IMG/VR virus record: IMGVR_UViG_3300045988_157649
Strand: one strand, 5' to 3'
DNA length: 36,890 bases
From: a virus
Under the pieces are notes generated by a model. The model did no database searches. It worked only from the letters and a program-made list of their open reading frames with translations, and had not been told where the DNA came from. Made by a program: the position numbers and the translations under genes. The stretch's first letter is position 1. Each line of letters starts with the position of its first letter. Shown here in pieces: positions 8,573-16,690 of the stretch.

Positions 8573-9285
8573 GGTTTGAAACGCTGTATAAACCATATTT
8601 TATCTTCCGGGGAAAGAATAGTCTGGACATGGGGGTCATCGTCACCTCTATGCCGGATGTGTACAAACCAAAAAGACGGGTGAGCACACAAGAAATACCC
8701 GGAAGGGATGGGGTTCTTCATGTGGATGAGGGAACCTATGAAAATTACAACAAAGTGGTGGAATGTGCCGTGGTGGAGCGTGCCAATCTGGATGGCATCT
8801 GTGCATGGCTGGACGGAAGCGGTGAAGCCATTTTTTCCACAGAACCAGATAAGGTTTATCGTGTCCGAGTAGATAACCAGATCAGCATCGGGAAGATGCT
8901 CCAGTATTTCCAGAAATTTCAGGTGACCTTTGACACCTATCCGTTTAAGTACAGTGTCAACGCAGTGGATGATTTTGTTATGCTGACAAAGCCGTCTTTG
9001 CTGCGCAATCGTGGAACGGTGGCAGCGGAACCAAAAATCAAGATCTATGGAACTGGAAGTGTTGTGCTTATCATCAATGGTAGGGAATATAGGATAGACG
9101 GATTGCAAGAATCTGTGGTATTGGAATCGGAAATGATGGAAGTGTTGGACGGGGTGGGGGTAACCTATACCCCGCATGATCTGGATGATGATTTGTTTCC
9201 TAGATTGAAAGTTGGGAACAATGAAATCTCATGGACCGGAAATGTGGAGAAGATAGAAATTGAGCCAAGATGGAGGTGGTTGTAA
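8569..9285 (+). CDS. Distal tail protein (Dit, siphovirus tail component)
   Basis: 238-aa ORF with ATGA overlap to the tape-measure gene. The motif FRGKNSLDMGVIV...IPGRDG is typical of Sipho_tail/Dit. Confidence 0.75.
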   Translation: MRFETLYKPYFIFRGKNSLDMGVIVTSMPDVYKPKRRVSTQEIPGRDGVLHVDEGTYENYNKVVECAVVERANLDGICAWLDGSGEAIFSTEPDKVYRVRVDNQISIGKMLQYFQKFQVTFDTYPFKYSVNAVDDFVMLTKPSLLRNRGTVAAEPKIKIYGTGSVVLIINGREYRIDGLQESVVLESEMMEVLDGVGVTYTPHDLDDDLFPRLKVGNNEISWTGNVEKIEIEPRWRWL

Positions 9286-10599
9286 ATGGCACAAAACAAT
9301 ACCATGATGGTAATTGAAATCAATGAGCCTATTTTGAGCAAAGTAATCGCCGTAAGAGGTGACGCAAACTCAAGAAACATTGACGTACAGTTATTTAATA
9401 ACGGCGTAGTATTTGACCTTACAGGGCATATGGTGACGATGTCTGTGAAAACAGACCCTAGAACACCTATGAAAAACCCTGTGAACGAGTTTTTAAAAGG
9501 CACTATCCTTGATGCTGAAAACGGTCGTTGCATGTTCCCTCTCACAACAAGCATGCTCGCAGAGGTCGGAACACTGAACACAAGTATCGCTGTTTTTTCT
9601 GGCGAAACAGAAGTTTTGTCTACTCTTGAGTTTAACATCTATGTTATGCCGTCGCCAAGAAACGATGAGGCAATTGAAGCTTCAAACGAGTTCGGGGCGT
9701 TAGTCGTTTTGTTCTCTGAAATCCAGAACGCTTTGGACGATATGCATGCGATTCGGGAGAATTTTGGTGAACCGTCTGAAGAATCTGTTGAAGCAGGAAC
9801 GGACACATTCTGGAAAGCATTGGAAAAATCAATTAAAGGATCTGCAGATCTGGTTGCTTATGACATTCCTTCAAAAATCGGTGAAGAAACAGACGAAGAA
9901 CCATACAACACTGTTTTTGGTAAGTTGAATCGAATTATCAAGTTACAATTAAAAGATGGCGAAGAAATTTTCAGAGAAGATGGCACTTTTACCGTCCCAG
10001 AAGGTGTGAACCAGATAACAGTCATTGCTTGCGGCGGCGGTGGCGGCGGTGCATTAAACTGGAATCAATCTCCTAGTGGTGGTGGAGGTGCTGCTTGTGT
10101 AAAAAAAACATCTTCTGTTACTTCCGGACAGAAAATACAGATAACTATTGGGAAAGGTGGTTCAGGAGGGGTTGGAGGAAGTTCTGCACAAGATGCAAAT
10201 GGAAAATCAGGAACCGCAACTGTTGTTGGAAACATAGTTACTTGTCCACCTGGACAAGGTGGAAAAGATTTAAGTAATGACACTGGCGGGGCTTCTGGTG
10301 GTTCTGGTGGTGGAAGCGGTGGAAATTCAAAAACTGATGCAGGAGCAGGAGGAAATGGTGAAAATGGTCTGTATGGGGTAGGAGGAAAAGGTTCTTTGAT
10401 AAATCGTAGAGGTTTTGGTGGAGGTGGTGGATCTTATGGAGATGGTGGGAACGCTGCAACCATAGTTGGAGAATCAGGTAAGGATGGAGGATATGGTGCA
10501 GGAGGAGGTGCAGGTTCTTCAAAACTTCCGAACTCTTACACTGGTGGTAAAGGTGGAAATGGTATTGTCATTATTAGATGGGGGGCTGGTTCAGATTGA
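9286..10599 (+). CDS. BppU-N-like baseplate domain fused to a glycine-rich C-terminal domain
   Basis: The N-terminal ~130 aa (VIEINEPILSKVIAVRGDANSRNIDVQLFNNGVVFDLTGH...) fit the BppU_N/DUF2479 pattern. The C-terminal ~200 aa are Gly-rich (ITVIACGGGGGGA...GGKGGNGIVIIRWG). Confidence 0.65.
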   Translation: MAQNNTMMVIEINEPILSKVIAVRGDANSRNIDVQLFNNGVVFDLTGHMVTMSVKTDPRTPMKNPVNEFLKGTILDAENGRCMFPLTTSMLAEVGTLNTSIAVFSGETEVLSTLEFNIYVMPSPRNDEAIEASNEFGALVVLFSEIQNALDDMHAIRENFGEPSEESVEAGTDTFWKALEKSIKGSADLVAYDIPSKIGEETDEEPYNTVFGKLNRIIKLQLKDGEEIFREDGTFTVPEGVNQITVIACGGGGGGALNWNQSPSGGGGAACVKKTSSVTSGQKIQITIGKGGSGGVGGSSAQDANGKSGTATVVGNIVTCPPGQGGKDLSNDTGGASGGSGGGSGGNSKTDAGAGGNGENGLYGVGGKGSLINRRGFGGGGGSYGDGGNAATIVGESGKDGGYGAGGGAGSSKLPNSYTGGKGGNGIVIIRWGAGSD

Positions 10600-10943
10600 T
10601 TTATGCAATGGTTCTAAAAAATGTAGTAATTGATATAAAGGAAGGCGAAACAGAACCGTACTATCCACCGGATATTGACGGAAATCCTGTTTTTGCAGTG
10701 GAAACCACAGAAGAAACAGAAGTGGGCATGTACTACCATGAAGAAACAGGGAAGTTCAACTTTGAATTTCCAATCACAGTTCCAGAACCCACACAACTTG
10801 ACAACATCGAAACAACACAGCTTATGATTATGGAGGCAATGGCGGATCAATACGAACAGCGATTGGAAACAGATTTGATGATGATGGATGCACAGGCAAC
10901 CACTTTTGAAGCTGTTCTTGCGCTCACAGAAGGGATGGTGTAA
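10596..10943 (+). CDS. Hypothetical tail-module protein
   Basis: The ORF is open from 10578. The likely start is TTG 10596 (TTGA overlap with the upstream stop) or ATG 10608. The product is acidic. Confidence 0.5.
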   Translation: MIYAMVLKNVVIDIKEGETEPYYPPDIDGNPVFAVETTEETEVGMYYHEETGKFNFEFPITVPEPTQLDNIETTQLMIMEAMADQYEQRLETDLMMMDAQATTFEAVLALTEGMV

Positions 10944-10946
10944 ATA

Positions 10947-11102
10947 ATGGTAGAAATGTATGTATTGTTGGTTGTCAACAAAAAACGTACTTGTAACGAA
11001 GAAAACAAAAGTGTTCCTGTTGTACCCGCCCATTTGAGAGCGGACGTTTTGGAAGTTTTGAATCAGAGGGGGTACGATGCGGACGGCAACAAGATTTCTT
11101 AA
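10947..11102 (+). CDS. Tiny tail-module protein, paralog 1 (XkdX/CD1375-like small family, assigned from memory)
   Basis: 51-aa ORF below the track cutoff: MVEMYVLLVVNKKRTCNEENKSVPVVPAHLRADVLEVLNQRGYDADGNKIS. It aligns along its length with the next ORF. Confidence 0.55.
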   Translation: MVEMYVLLVVNKKRTCNEENKSVPVVPAHLRADVLEVLNQRGYDADGNKIS

Positions 11103-11154
11103 CCTGATTTTTGTAACTATTGTTTTTATATATATCAAGAAAGGATTTGGTAAT

Positions 11155-11313
11155 ATGTTGGATTTGTACACAGCTTTGGTAATTGCAGGCAGAAGAACAT
11201 GCAACCCCGAAACACAGGGTGTGACACTGGTACCAGAACGGTATCGGGCACAGGTGATCGACAACTTAAATGCAATTGGATTGGATGCAGATGGAAATCC
11301 CATTGTGGGGTGA
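11155..11313 (+). CDS. Tiny tail-module protein, paralog 2
   Basis: MLDLYTALVIAGRRTCNPETQGVTLVPERYRAQVIDNLNAIGLDADGNPIVG, with RBS AAAGGA upstream. The track start at 11077 would add an implausible hydrophobic leader. Confidence 0.6.
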   Translation: MLDLYTALVIAGRRTCNPETQGVTLVPERYRAQVIDNLNAIGLDADGNPIVG

Positions 11314-11317
11314 TATT

Positions 11318-13252
11318 GTGATTATTTTCGAACAGGATGAACAAAATTTTGACACCATTGGATTGGGGATGCTGGTCCCCAATTCTGGCGTGGTTTACGA
11401 AGAATTTAACGGTGATTTTACATTGACCTTTCAACATCCTTACGATGCCAGTGGTAAGTGGAAGCGAATTGAAATAGATCGTATTGTTTTGGCGGAAACA
11501 CCTAGAGGAAGGCAGCCATTTCGCATCTATTATTATAAGCCAACCATGAACGGGATTGAAGTCCAAGCAAGACATCTCTTTTATGATCTGCTTGATAATA
11601 TCTGTGAAAGCGTGGCGTATTCCGGCAGCGCACAGGGAGCCATGGACGCCATCAAAGAGGGGCTGTCTGTTCCTATGCCGTTTACCTTCTATACGGATAT
11701 TTCGTGTGATACAGGTGGTATTGGTTGTACCATGGATAATCCGGTTTCTTTGCTTTTGAAAGAAGAATGGGACAACAATGAAGGCGAAACAAAGTCCTTT
11801 TTTTATTTTTACGGCGGAGAACTGAAACGGGATTTTTTCAACGTTTCGATGTTAGAATCCCTGGGCAGCGACAGGGGCGTTTTTATTGTTTACCGCAAAA
11901 ACCTTGTGGGGCTGGAGGTCACGGAAGATATTTCAGATGTGGCTACCAGGATTTATCCCATTGGAAAAGACGGTCTGGCTCTTGATGGTCAATACATCGA
12001 CAGCCAGTATGTGAATAACTACGCATACCCAAAAGTTAAGGTTATCGAGGACACCAAAGCAGAAAGTCAAAGCGATTTACGAGAAATTGCAGAGAATTTC
12101 TTTGCAGAAGGCGGCGACATACCGAAAGTAAATATCAAAGTCGATTTTATCGACCTTTCTCAAACAGAGGAATACAAAAATTATGCAAACTTGGAAAAGG
12201 TATTTCTTGGTGATACTGTAACAGTGGTAAATCAAAAAATGGGTTTTTCCAAAAAAGCAAAGATTATTTCCTACGAATTTGATGTTATTTTGGGGAGGTA
12301 TAACAAAATCGAACTTGGTGATTTCTCGCCGACTGTAACAAGCCCTATCACAAGAGGTGCAAACGCCGGAGATATTGCCAACACTGCCTACGGGAAGTCG
12401 AACAATGCCGAAACACTTTTGCAACAGCACCTGAAAGATTTCAACAATCCGCATAGGGTAACAGCTGAGCAGGTCGGTAGTGGTGGAACTGGTGGCGGCA
12501 GTACCGTCTTGAACGGCACAGAAGCCCCGTCTGATGCTTTAGGAAACGACGGTGACTATTATATCAAGGATGAAGTTCAAGGAATTGCAGATGAACATAC
12601 GCTTTTGTTACTGCATGGTGAAGATTTCACAGACAGCAGTATATACAGTGAACAAATAACAAATACAGGCTGCACATTGTCAGATTCCGGAAAATTTGGG
12701 AAAGCTATAAGCTTTACCAATTTGAACAAACTGGAAACAGTAGAGCAGATATTTGATATAAATGGAGAGTTTACCATTGATTTCTGGTTCAGCCAAAGAG
12801 AGAAAAAAGCTAATGCAACTTTTATTGGCGGAACCCAAACGGGAACTTTTAAGATAATTCTATCAAACGGTGTACCAGTTTTTCAGGTGCACGGACAATC
12901 AAATTTTTATTCAAGTGAAGTAAACACACAGTTAAACCGATGGTATCATTTCGCGTTGACAGGAAAAAACAAAACATTTTCTCTGTTTATCGACGGTACA
13001 AAGAAAAACACTTTTACCTACACCGGAAATATATCAAATGACATTTTAAGAATTGGTTTGAACGTTGCCCAAAACAGCACTGGTTCAATCGAGGGGGTGA
13101 TGGATGAAATTAGAATTTCCAATGTTGTTCGCTGGGATTCTGACTTTACACCGCCCACAGAGCCATACACTGTATACAAAAACGCACAAGCAGGCGAAAT
13201 CTACGTGAAAGAATCTGGAACATGGAAAAAAATTCTCACTGGTATGAAATGA
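11318..13252 (+). CDS. Tail-associated (Tal-like) minor structural protein with a C-terminal LamG/ConA-like lectin domain
   Basis: GTG 11318 follows GGGGTGA and gives (M)IIFEQDEQNFDTIGLG..., a typical 'phage minor structural protein N-terminal region'. The C-terminal part LLLLHGEDFTDSS...GKFGKAISF...FTIDFWF...WYHFALTG...LFIDG...MDEIRISN fits LamG. Confidence 0.75.
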   Translation: MIIFEQDEQNFDTIGLGMLVPNSGVVYEEFNGDFTLTFQHPYDASGKWKRIEIDRIVLAETPRGRQPFRIYYYKPTMNGIEVQARHLFYDLLDNICESVAYSGSAQGAMDAIKEGLSVPMPFTFYTDISCDTGGIGCTMDNPVSLLLKEEWDNNEGETKSFFYFYGGELKRDFFNVSMLESLGSDRGVFIVYRKNLVGLEVTEDISDVATRIYPIGKDGLALDGQYIDSQYVNNYAYPKVKVIEDTKAESQSDLREIAENFFAEGGDIPKVNIKVDFIDLSQTEEYKNYANLEKVFLGDTVTVVNQKMGFSKKAKIISYEFDVILGRYNKIELGDFSPTVTSPITRGANAGDIANTAYGKSNNAETLLQQHLKDFNNPHRVTAEQVGSGGTGGGSTVLNGTEAPSDALGNDGDYYIKDEVQGIADEHTLLLLHGEDFTDSSIYSEQITNTGCTLSDSGKFGKAISFTNLNKLETVEQIFDINGEFTIDFWFSQREKKANATFIGGTQTGTFKIILSNGVPVFQVHGQSNFYSSEVNTQLNRWYHFALTGKNKTFSLFIDGTKKNTFTYTGNISNDILRIGLNVAQNSTGSIEGVMDEIRISNVVRWDSDFTPPTEPYTVYKNAQAGEIYVKESGTWKKILTGMK

Positions 13253-13262
13253 GGTGGTATAT

Positions 13263-13523
13263 ATGACTTGGGATATTGTGGCAGGAATCGTGCTTTTAGC
13301 CGGATTTATTATAACCGTGATTAAAACCATTATCCCTTTGACAAACGCTGTGGCAAGGCTTACAGAGCAGATTATATTCGTAGGGGATAAAGTGGAGGAA
13401 ATCAACCAGCAGAAGAAAGAAGAACATAAAAAAATTCACGCCCACAACGAAAAGCAGGATGCAATGTTGCAGAACCATGAACAGCGGCTCCATGATTTGG
13501 ACGGGAAATGGTTTGAAAGATGA
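13263..13523 (+). CDS. Membrane-anchored coiled-coil protein (N-terminal TM helix)
   Basis: GAGGTGG lies 5 nt before ATG 13263. The product is MTWDIVAGIVLLAGFIITVIKTI followed by a charged helix. Confidence 0.55.
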   Translation: MTWDIVAGIVLLAGFIITVIKTIIPLTNAVARLTEQIIFVGDKVEEINQQKKEEHKKIHAHNEKQDAMLQNHEQRLHDLDGKWFER

Positions 13524-13585
13524 GGTCATAACACATAGGTGTTTTGATAGAAAAGAGTAGATGAGAACAGAAAGGATGAGGAAAC

Positions 13586-14089
13586 ATGAAACAGAATGAA
13601 TTGAAAAGCGGTATCACAAAGGAATGGCTGGAAAGGGCCAAAGGCGTTTCTGCTGCTACCATTGGGCATGAAGTATGGCTGGATACAGAGGGATACTGGC
13701 ATGAAAAAATGAAGGATGGTACAGAAGTCAAGTATTCCAAAGAGGAAGCCTATGTAAAAATGTATCACAAAGCAAAAGACGATGAGCGTCTGCCGGAATA
13801 TATGAAAATCAATGGTATGTGGCTGAATATCCATGGTTACTGGGTAGCGCCCATGGTGCTTCTGGGCTATACATCCAACAGCACCAGCACCAGTCATGTG
13901 ATCTGGTCTGAAAGACTGACACATGAGGATGATACACACATTCCGGAAGGTAAACATGTTATTTACACAGAAACACTTCTGGTTACATACGACAACAGAC
14001 TGGCTGTTCATGTTGTGTATAACATGTTCAATACTGATGCAGGTACAAGAGTAGAAGAACACTGCTGGTCTGATTTTGTTTATCTGTAA
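13586..14089 (+). CDS. Hypothetical protein (167 aa, Trp/His-rich) between the tail and lysis genes
   Basis: Good RBS (AAAGGATGAGG). No motif was recognised. Confidence 0.55.
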   Translation: MKQNELKSGITKEWLERAKGVSAATIGHEVWLDTEGYWHEKMKDGTEVKYSKEEAYVKMYHKAKDDERLPEYMKINGMWLNIHGYWVAPMVLLGYTSNSTSTSHVIWSERLTHEDDTHIPEGKHVIYTETLLVTYDNRLAVHVVYNMFNTDAGTRVEEHCWSDFVYL

Positions 14090-14102
14090 AGGGGTGAGCG
14101 TT

Positions 14103-14333
14103 ATGAATAAGGACAGATTCAAAAATCCTTGGTTTTGGGTTGGCATTGGCGGCGTTATCCTGACGGCTACGGGCATGGAGCCGTCCATGTTCACGAGCTG
14201 GGATGCGCTTTGTGGTGCGGCGCTGGATGTGGTAAAAAATCCTTTCCTGCTGGGTACGGCGGCACTGGCGGTGCTGGGGGTTTTTGTGGAACCAACAAGC
14301 GCAGGTCTGAAAGATGAAAAGAAAGAAGGTTGA
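14103..14333 (+). CDS. Holin (phiLC3 / Phage_holin_1-like)
   Basis: GGGGTGAG RBS before ATG 14103. MNKDRFKNPWFWVGIGGVIL...NPFLLGTAALAVLGVFVEPTSAGLKD resembles phiLC3-family holins. It sits directly upstream of the amidase. Confidence 0.75.
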   Translation: MNKDRFKNPWFWVGIGGVILTATGMEPSMFTSWDALCGAALDVVKNPFLLGTAALAVLGVFVEPTSAGLKDEKKEG

Positions 14334-14336
14334 ACC

Positions 14337-15095
14337 ATGTATCTGATTGCAATCGGTGACGGTCATGGTGCAGAAACGGCGGGGAAACGTACCCCGCCTT
14401 TTGCAAATGGCAGTGTCATGAAAGAAAATGAATTTAACAAAGCAACGGTGAATTATCTGGAAAAGGAACTGGAACGCTGCGGCTTTTCCGTACTGCAGAC
14501 AGCGCCGGAAGAAACAGACACACCGCTTTCTGTGCGGGCAAAGAGGGCAAATGACGCCGGAGCTGATCTGTATATCAGCATCCATGCCAACGCCTTTGGA
14601 AGCGGATGGAATGACGCAAACGGCGTGGAAAGCTGGATTTATTCCAAAAAATACAAAGATACACTGGATGCGGCGCAGAAAATCCAGTCAGAAGTCATCA
14701 AGGAAACCGGACTGAAGGATAGAGGAATCAAAGAATCTGGAAACAGTCTGGGCATTTTGAGAGATACGAAAATGTCTGCGGTTTTGGTAGAGTGTGGGTT
14801 TATGACAAATCCGCAGGAAGCGGCAATGCTGAAAAGTGATGCTTACAGAAAAAAGGTTGCAAAGGCAATCTGCAGGGGCGTGTGCCTGCATTTTGGCGTA
14901 AAGTATCAGGAAGAAGGGTATCATATGGAAAAAATCAAAGTTATCCTGCCGGGAAAAGAAGTGGAAATGATGGGCGTCAAAGTCATTGATGAAAATGGAA
15001 ATGTAACAAACTGCGTCACCATTCGGGACTTTGCAGAACAGACAGGTTACAAAGTATCATTCAAGGGAGCAACACCAATTCTGGAACGGGCGTAA
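14337..15095 (+). CDS. Endolysin: N-acetylmuramoyl-L-alanine amidase (Amidase_3) with a C-terminal binding domain
   Basis: IAIGDGHG...DLYISIHANA...ESWIY...VLVECGFMTN are Amidase_3 motifs. Confidence 0.85.
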   Translation: MYLIAIGDGHGAETAGKRTPPFANGSVMKENEFNKATVNYLEKELERCGFSVLQTAPEETDTPLSVRAKRANDAGADLYISIHANAFGSGWNDANGVESWIYSKKYKDTLDAAQKIQSEVIKETGLKDRGIKESGNSLGILRDTKMSAVLVECGFMTNPQEAAMLKSDAYRKKVAKAICRGVCLHFGVKYQEEGYHMEKIKVILPGKEVEMMGVKVIDENGNVTNCVTIRDFAEQTGYKVSFKGATPILERA

Positions 15096-15184
15096 CGAAA
15101 TATTTTCATGTATGAATTAAAATGGTACTTTTTGGGACTTTCTCTCTGTTAGAATAAACATCTAAAACAGAGAGGAGGGAGAGC

Positions 15185-15949
15185 ATGAATAGCTTTATCA
15201 CATGGATAGGTGGAAAAAAGCAGTTACGAGAAACCATCGTTTCCCGTTTTCCCAAAGAAGGTATCCAGAAATATGTGGAAGTATTCGGTGGAGCTGGATG
15301 GGTTCTGTTTCATCGGGAAAAATATGCACCGAAAGAAGTATATAATGATATCAATTCAAATCTGGTAAATCTATTTCGCATGATGCAGCATCACCCAGAA
15401 GCAGTGGAAAAGGAATTGGAATATGCGCTCAATTCCAGAGAAATGTACCAGATGTGCCGAAAGACCATTGATCGAGAAGATTTGACCGAAATTCAACGTG
15501 CGGCACGTTTTCTTTTCCTGATCAAGACATCTTATGGTGGGAAGGTATCATCCTTTGGCTGCCAGACACGAGATGTTCTGCAGTTGAAAAATTTGGAAGA
15601 AGTAAAGAAGCGTCTGTCCACGGTTTTAATTGAAAACCGCAGCTTTGCGGAGCTGATCAAGAGGCATGACGGATGCGGCACTTTATTTTATTGTGACCCG
15701 CCATACTACGAAACAGAAAAATACTATGATACAGGAGATTTTGTTTTTGATGAAAGTCAGCACATCCTTCTGCGGGACAAGCTGGCGAATATCAAAGGGA
15801 AATTTGTGCTTTCCTATAATGATCATCCGTTTATTAGGGAACTGTATCAGGGATTTACCATAGAAGAAGTGGAGCGGAACAATAGCATGGGCATTGTTGC
15901 TGGCGGCGAAAAAAGGTACAAAGAATTGATTATCAGAAATTATACGTAA
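15185..15949 (+). CDS. D12-class N6-adenine DNA methyltransferase (Dam-like, orphan)
   Basis: WIGGKKQL...EVFGGAGWV...NDIN...FYCDPPYYETEKYY (DPPY motif). Confidence 0.85.
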   Translation: MNSFITWIGGKKQLRETIVSRFPKEGIQKYVEVFGGAGWVLFHREKYAPKEVYNDINSNLVNLFRMMQHHPEAVEKELEYALNSREMYQMCRKTIDREDLTEIQRAARFLFLIKTSYGGKVSSFGCQTRDVLQLKNLEEVKKRLSTVLIENRSFAELIKRHDGCGTLFYCDPPYYETEKYYDTGDFVFDESQHILLRDKLANIKGKFVLSYNDHPFIRELYQGFTIEEVERNNSMGIVAGGEKRYKELIIRNYT

Positions 15950-15951
15950 AA

Positions 15952-15978
15952 GGGGCGGTATGTCCGCCCCTTATTTTT
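15952..15978 (+). terminator. Rho-independent terminator after the adenine methyltransferase gene
   Basis: GGGGCGG-TATGT-CCGCCCC followed by TTATTTTT. Confidence 0.8.
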
Positions 15979-15982
15979 ATTG

Positions 15983-16007
15983 AAAAAGGGCTGACGTTTA
16001 TCAGCCC
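15983..16007 (-). terminator. Rho-independent terminator of the - strand HTH gene
   Basis: GGGCTGA-N6-TCAGCCC with a T-run on the - strand. The stop codon lies in the stem. Confidence 0.65.
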
Positions 16008-16222
16008 TTTGATTGAAAATCGACTATTAAATTATATCCCATAGCGTTTAAAATTTTTTTTGCATCTTCAAAACCAAAATTCTTTTTGTTCAGTAATTTA
16101 GTAAAGCCTTGTGGAGTAATGTTCAAGACTTCTGCAATTTGTTTTTGGGATACTTTGTTTTCGAGCATGAGTTTCTTGATTTCCACAATAACTTGTTTGT
16201 TATTTTCATAGATAAATACCAT
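16001..16222 (-). CDS. Small XRE-type HTH DNA-binding protein (monocistronic, cargo island)
   Basis: 73 aa. KVSQKQIAEVLNITPQGFTKLLN is a helix-turn-helix. RBS GGAGGTG. It has its own consensus promoter. Confidence 0.75.
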   Translation of the reverse strand: MVFIYENNKQVIVEIKKLMLENKVSQKQIAEVLNITPQGFTKLLNKKNFGFEDAKKILNAMGYNLIVDFQSKG

Positions 16223-16243
16223 AAAAACACCTCCGTTGATTAA

Positions 16244-16272
16244 ATTATAATATAAATTTTATTATTAGTCAA
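16244..16272 (-). promoter_or_regulatory. Near-consensus sigma-A promoter for the HTH gene (TTGACT-17-TATAAT on the - strand)
   Basis: AGTCAA at 16267-16272 and ATTATA at 16244-16249 on the + strand, with a 17-nt spacer. Confidence 0.65.
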
Positions 16273-16314
16273 ATAAAAATGACAAAAAATAATACAAAAT
16301 ATATTATAAAATGG

Positions 16315-16343
16315 TTGACAAATAACCATAAATGGGTTATAAT
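16315..16343 (+). promoter_or_regulatory. Perfect consensus sigma-A promoter (TTGACA-17-TATAAT) driving micro-ORF 1
   Basis: TTGACA at 16315-16320, TATAAT at 16338-16343, 17-nt spacer. RBS GTGAGGTGA and ATG 16371 lie downstream. Confidence 0.75.
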
Positions 16344-16370
16344 TAAAACATAGAAAGTGAGGTGAACAAA

Positions 16371-16487
16371 ATGAGCAAACAAAAGAAAAGCAGTAAGCAG
16401 GATAAAAGGTTAGCCGCCATACTCCTACTTACTGCGGTGGTAAACCTCATAGAAGCCCTGATAGAAATTATCAGAAAGCTGATATGA
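16371..16487 (+). CDS. Micro-ORF 1: 38-aa peptide with a basic N-terminus and a hydrophobic/amphipathic C-terminal helix
   Basis: MSKQKKSSKQDKRLAAILLLTAVVNLIEALIEIIRKLI. It has a strong promoter and RBS. It is below the track cutoff. Confidence 0.55.
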   Translation: MSKQKKSSKQDKRLAAILLLTAVVNLIEALIEIIRKLI

Positions 16488-16576
16488 GAAAGGGGGAGGG
16501 AAACCTCCCCTACCAATAAAATAAACTTTTGTATGCTCATTGTCAATAGATAAAAATGGCAGAAAGGAGCGGTAGT

Positions 16577-16666
16577 ATGGAAATGTTATATCTAGGTTTT
16601 AAGGGATTGAAAGCGGTATTTTGCATAGCGGTTATTGTTTATGTAGTAAGAAATTGGAGCAGATAA
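16577..16666 (+). CDS. Micro-ORF 2: 29-aa hydrophobic peptide
   Basis: AAAGGAG lies 8 nt before ATG 16577. The product is MEMLYLGFKGLKAVFCIAVIVYVVRNWSR, and a terminator follows. Confidence 0.4.
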   Translation: MEMLYLGFKGLKAVFCIAVIVYVVRNWSR

Positions 16667-16690
16667 AAAAGGAATGAACCATAAAGGAAA

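Noticed and set aside
11318-13252. A diversity-generating retroelement targeting the lectin-type tail protein.
   Set aside because: No reverse transcriptase gene is present, and no template/variable repeat pair with A-specific mismatches was seen anywhere in the window.
13526-14338. 270-aa - strand ORF covering the 167-aa ORF and the holin.
   Set aside because: It overlaps a recognisable phiLC3-type holin on the + strand. It has no RBS and a junk-like composition. It would also break the otherwise uniform + strand late operon.
16343-16546. 67-aa - strand ORF antisense to micro-ORF 1.
   Set aside because: There is no Shine-Dalgarno sequence before its ATG, and it starts inside the predicted antisense promoter. 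The + strand micro-ORF has a consensus promoter and RBS. The - strand signal is better explained as a non-coding antisense transcript.
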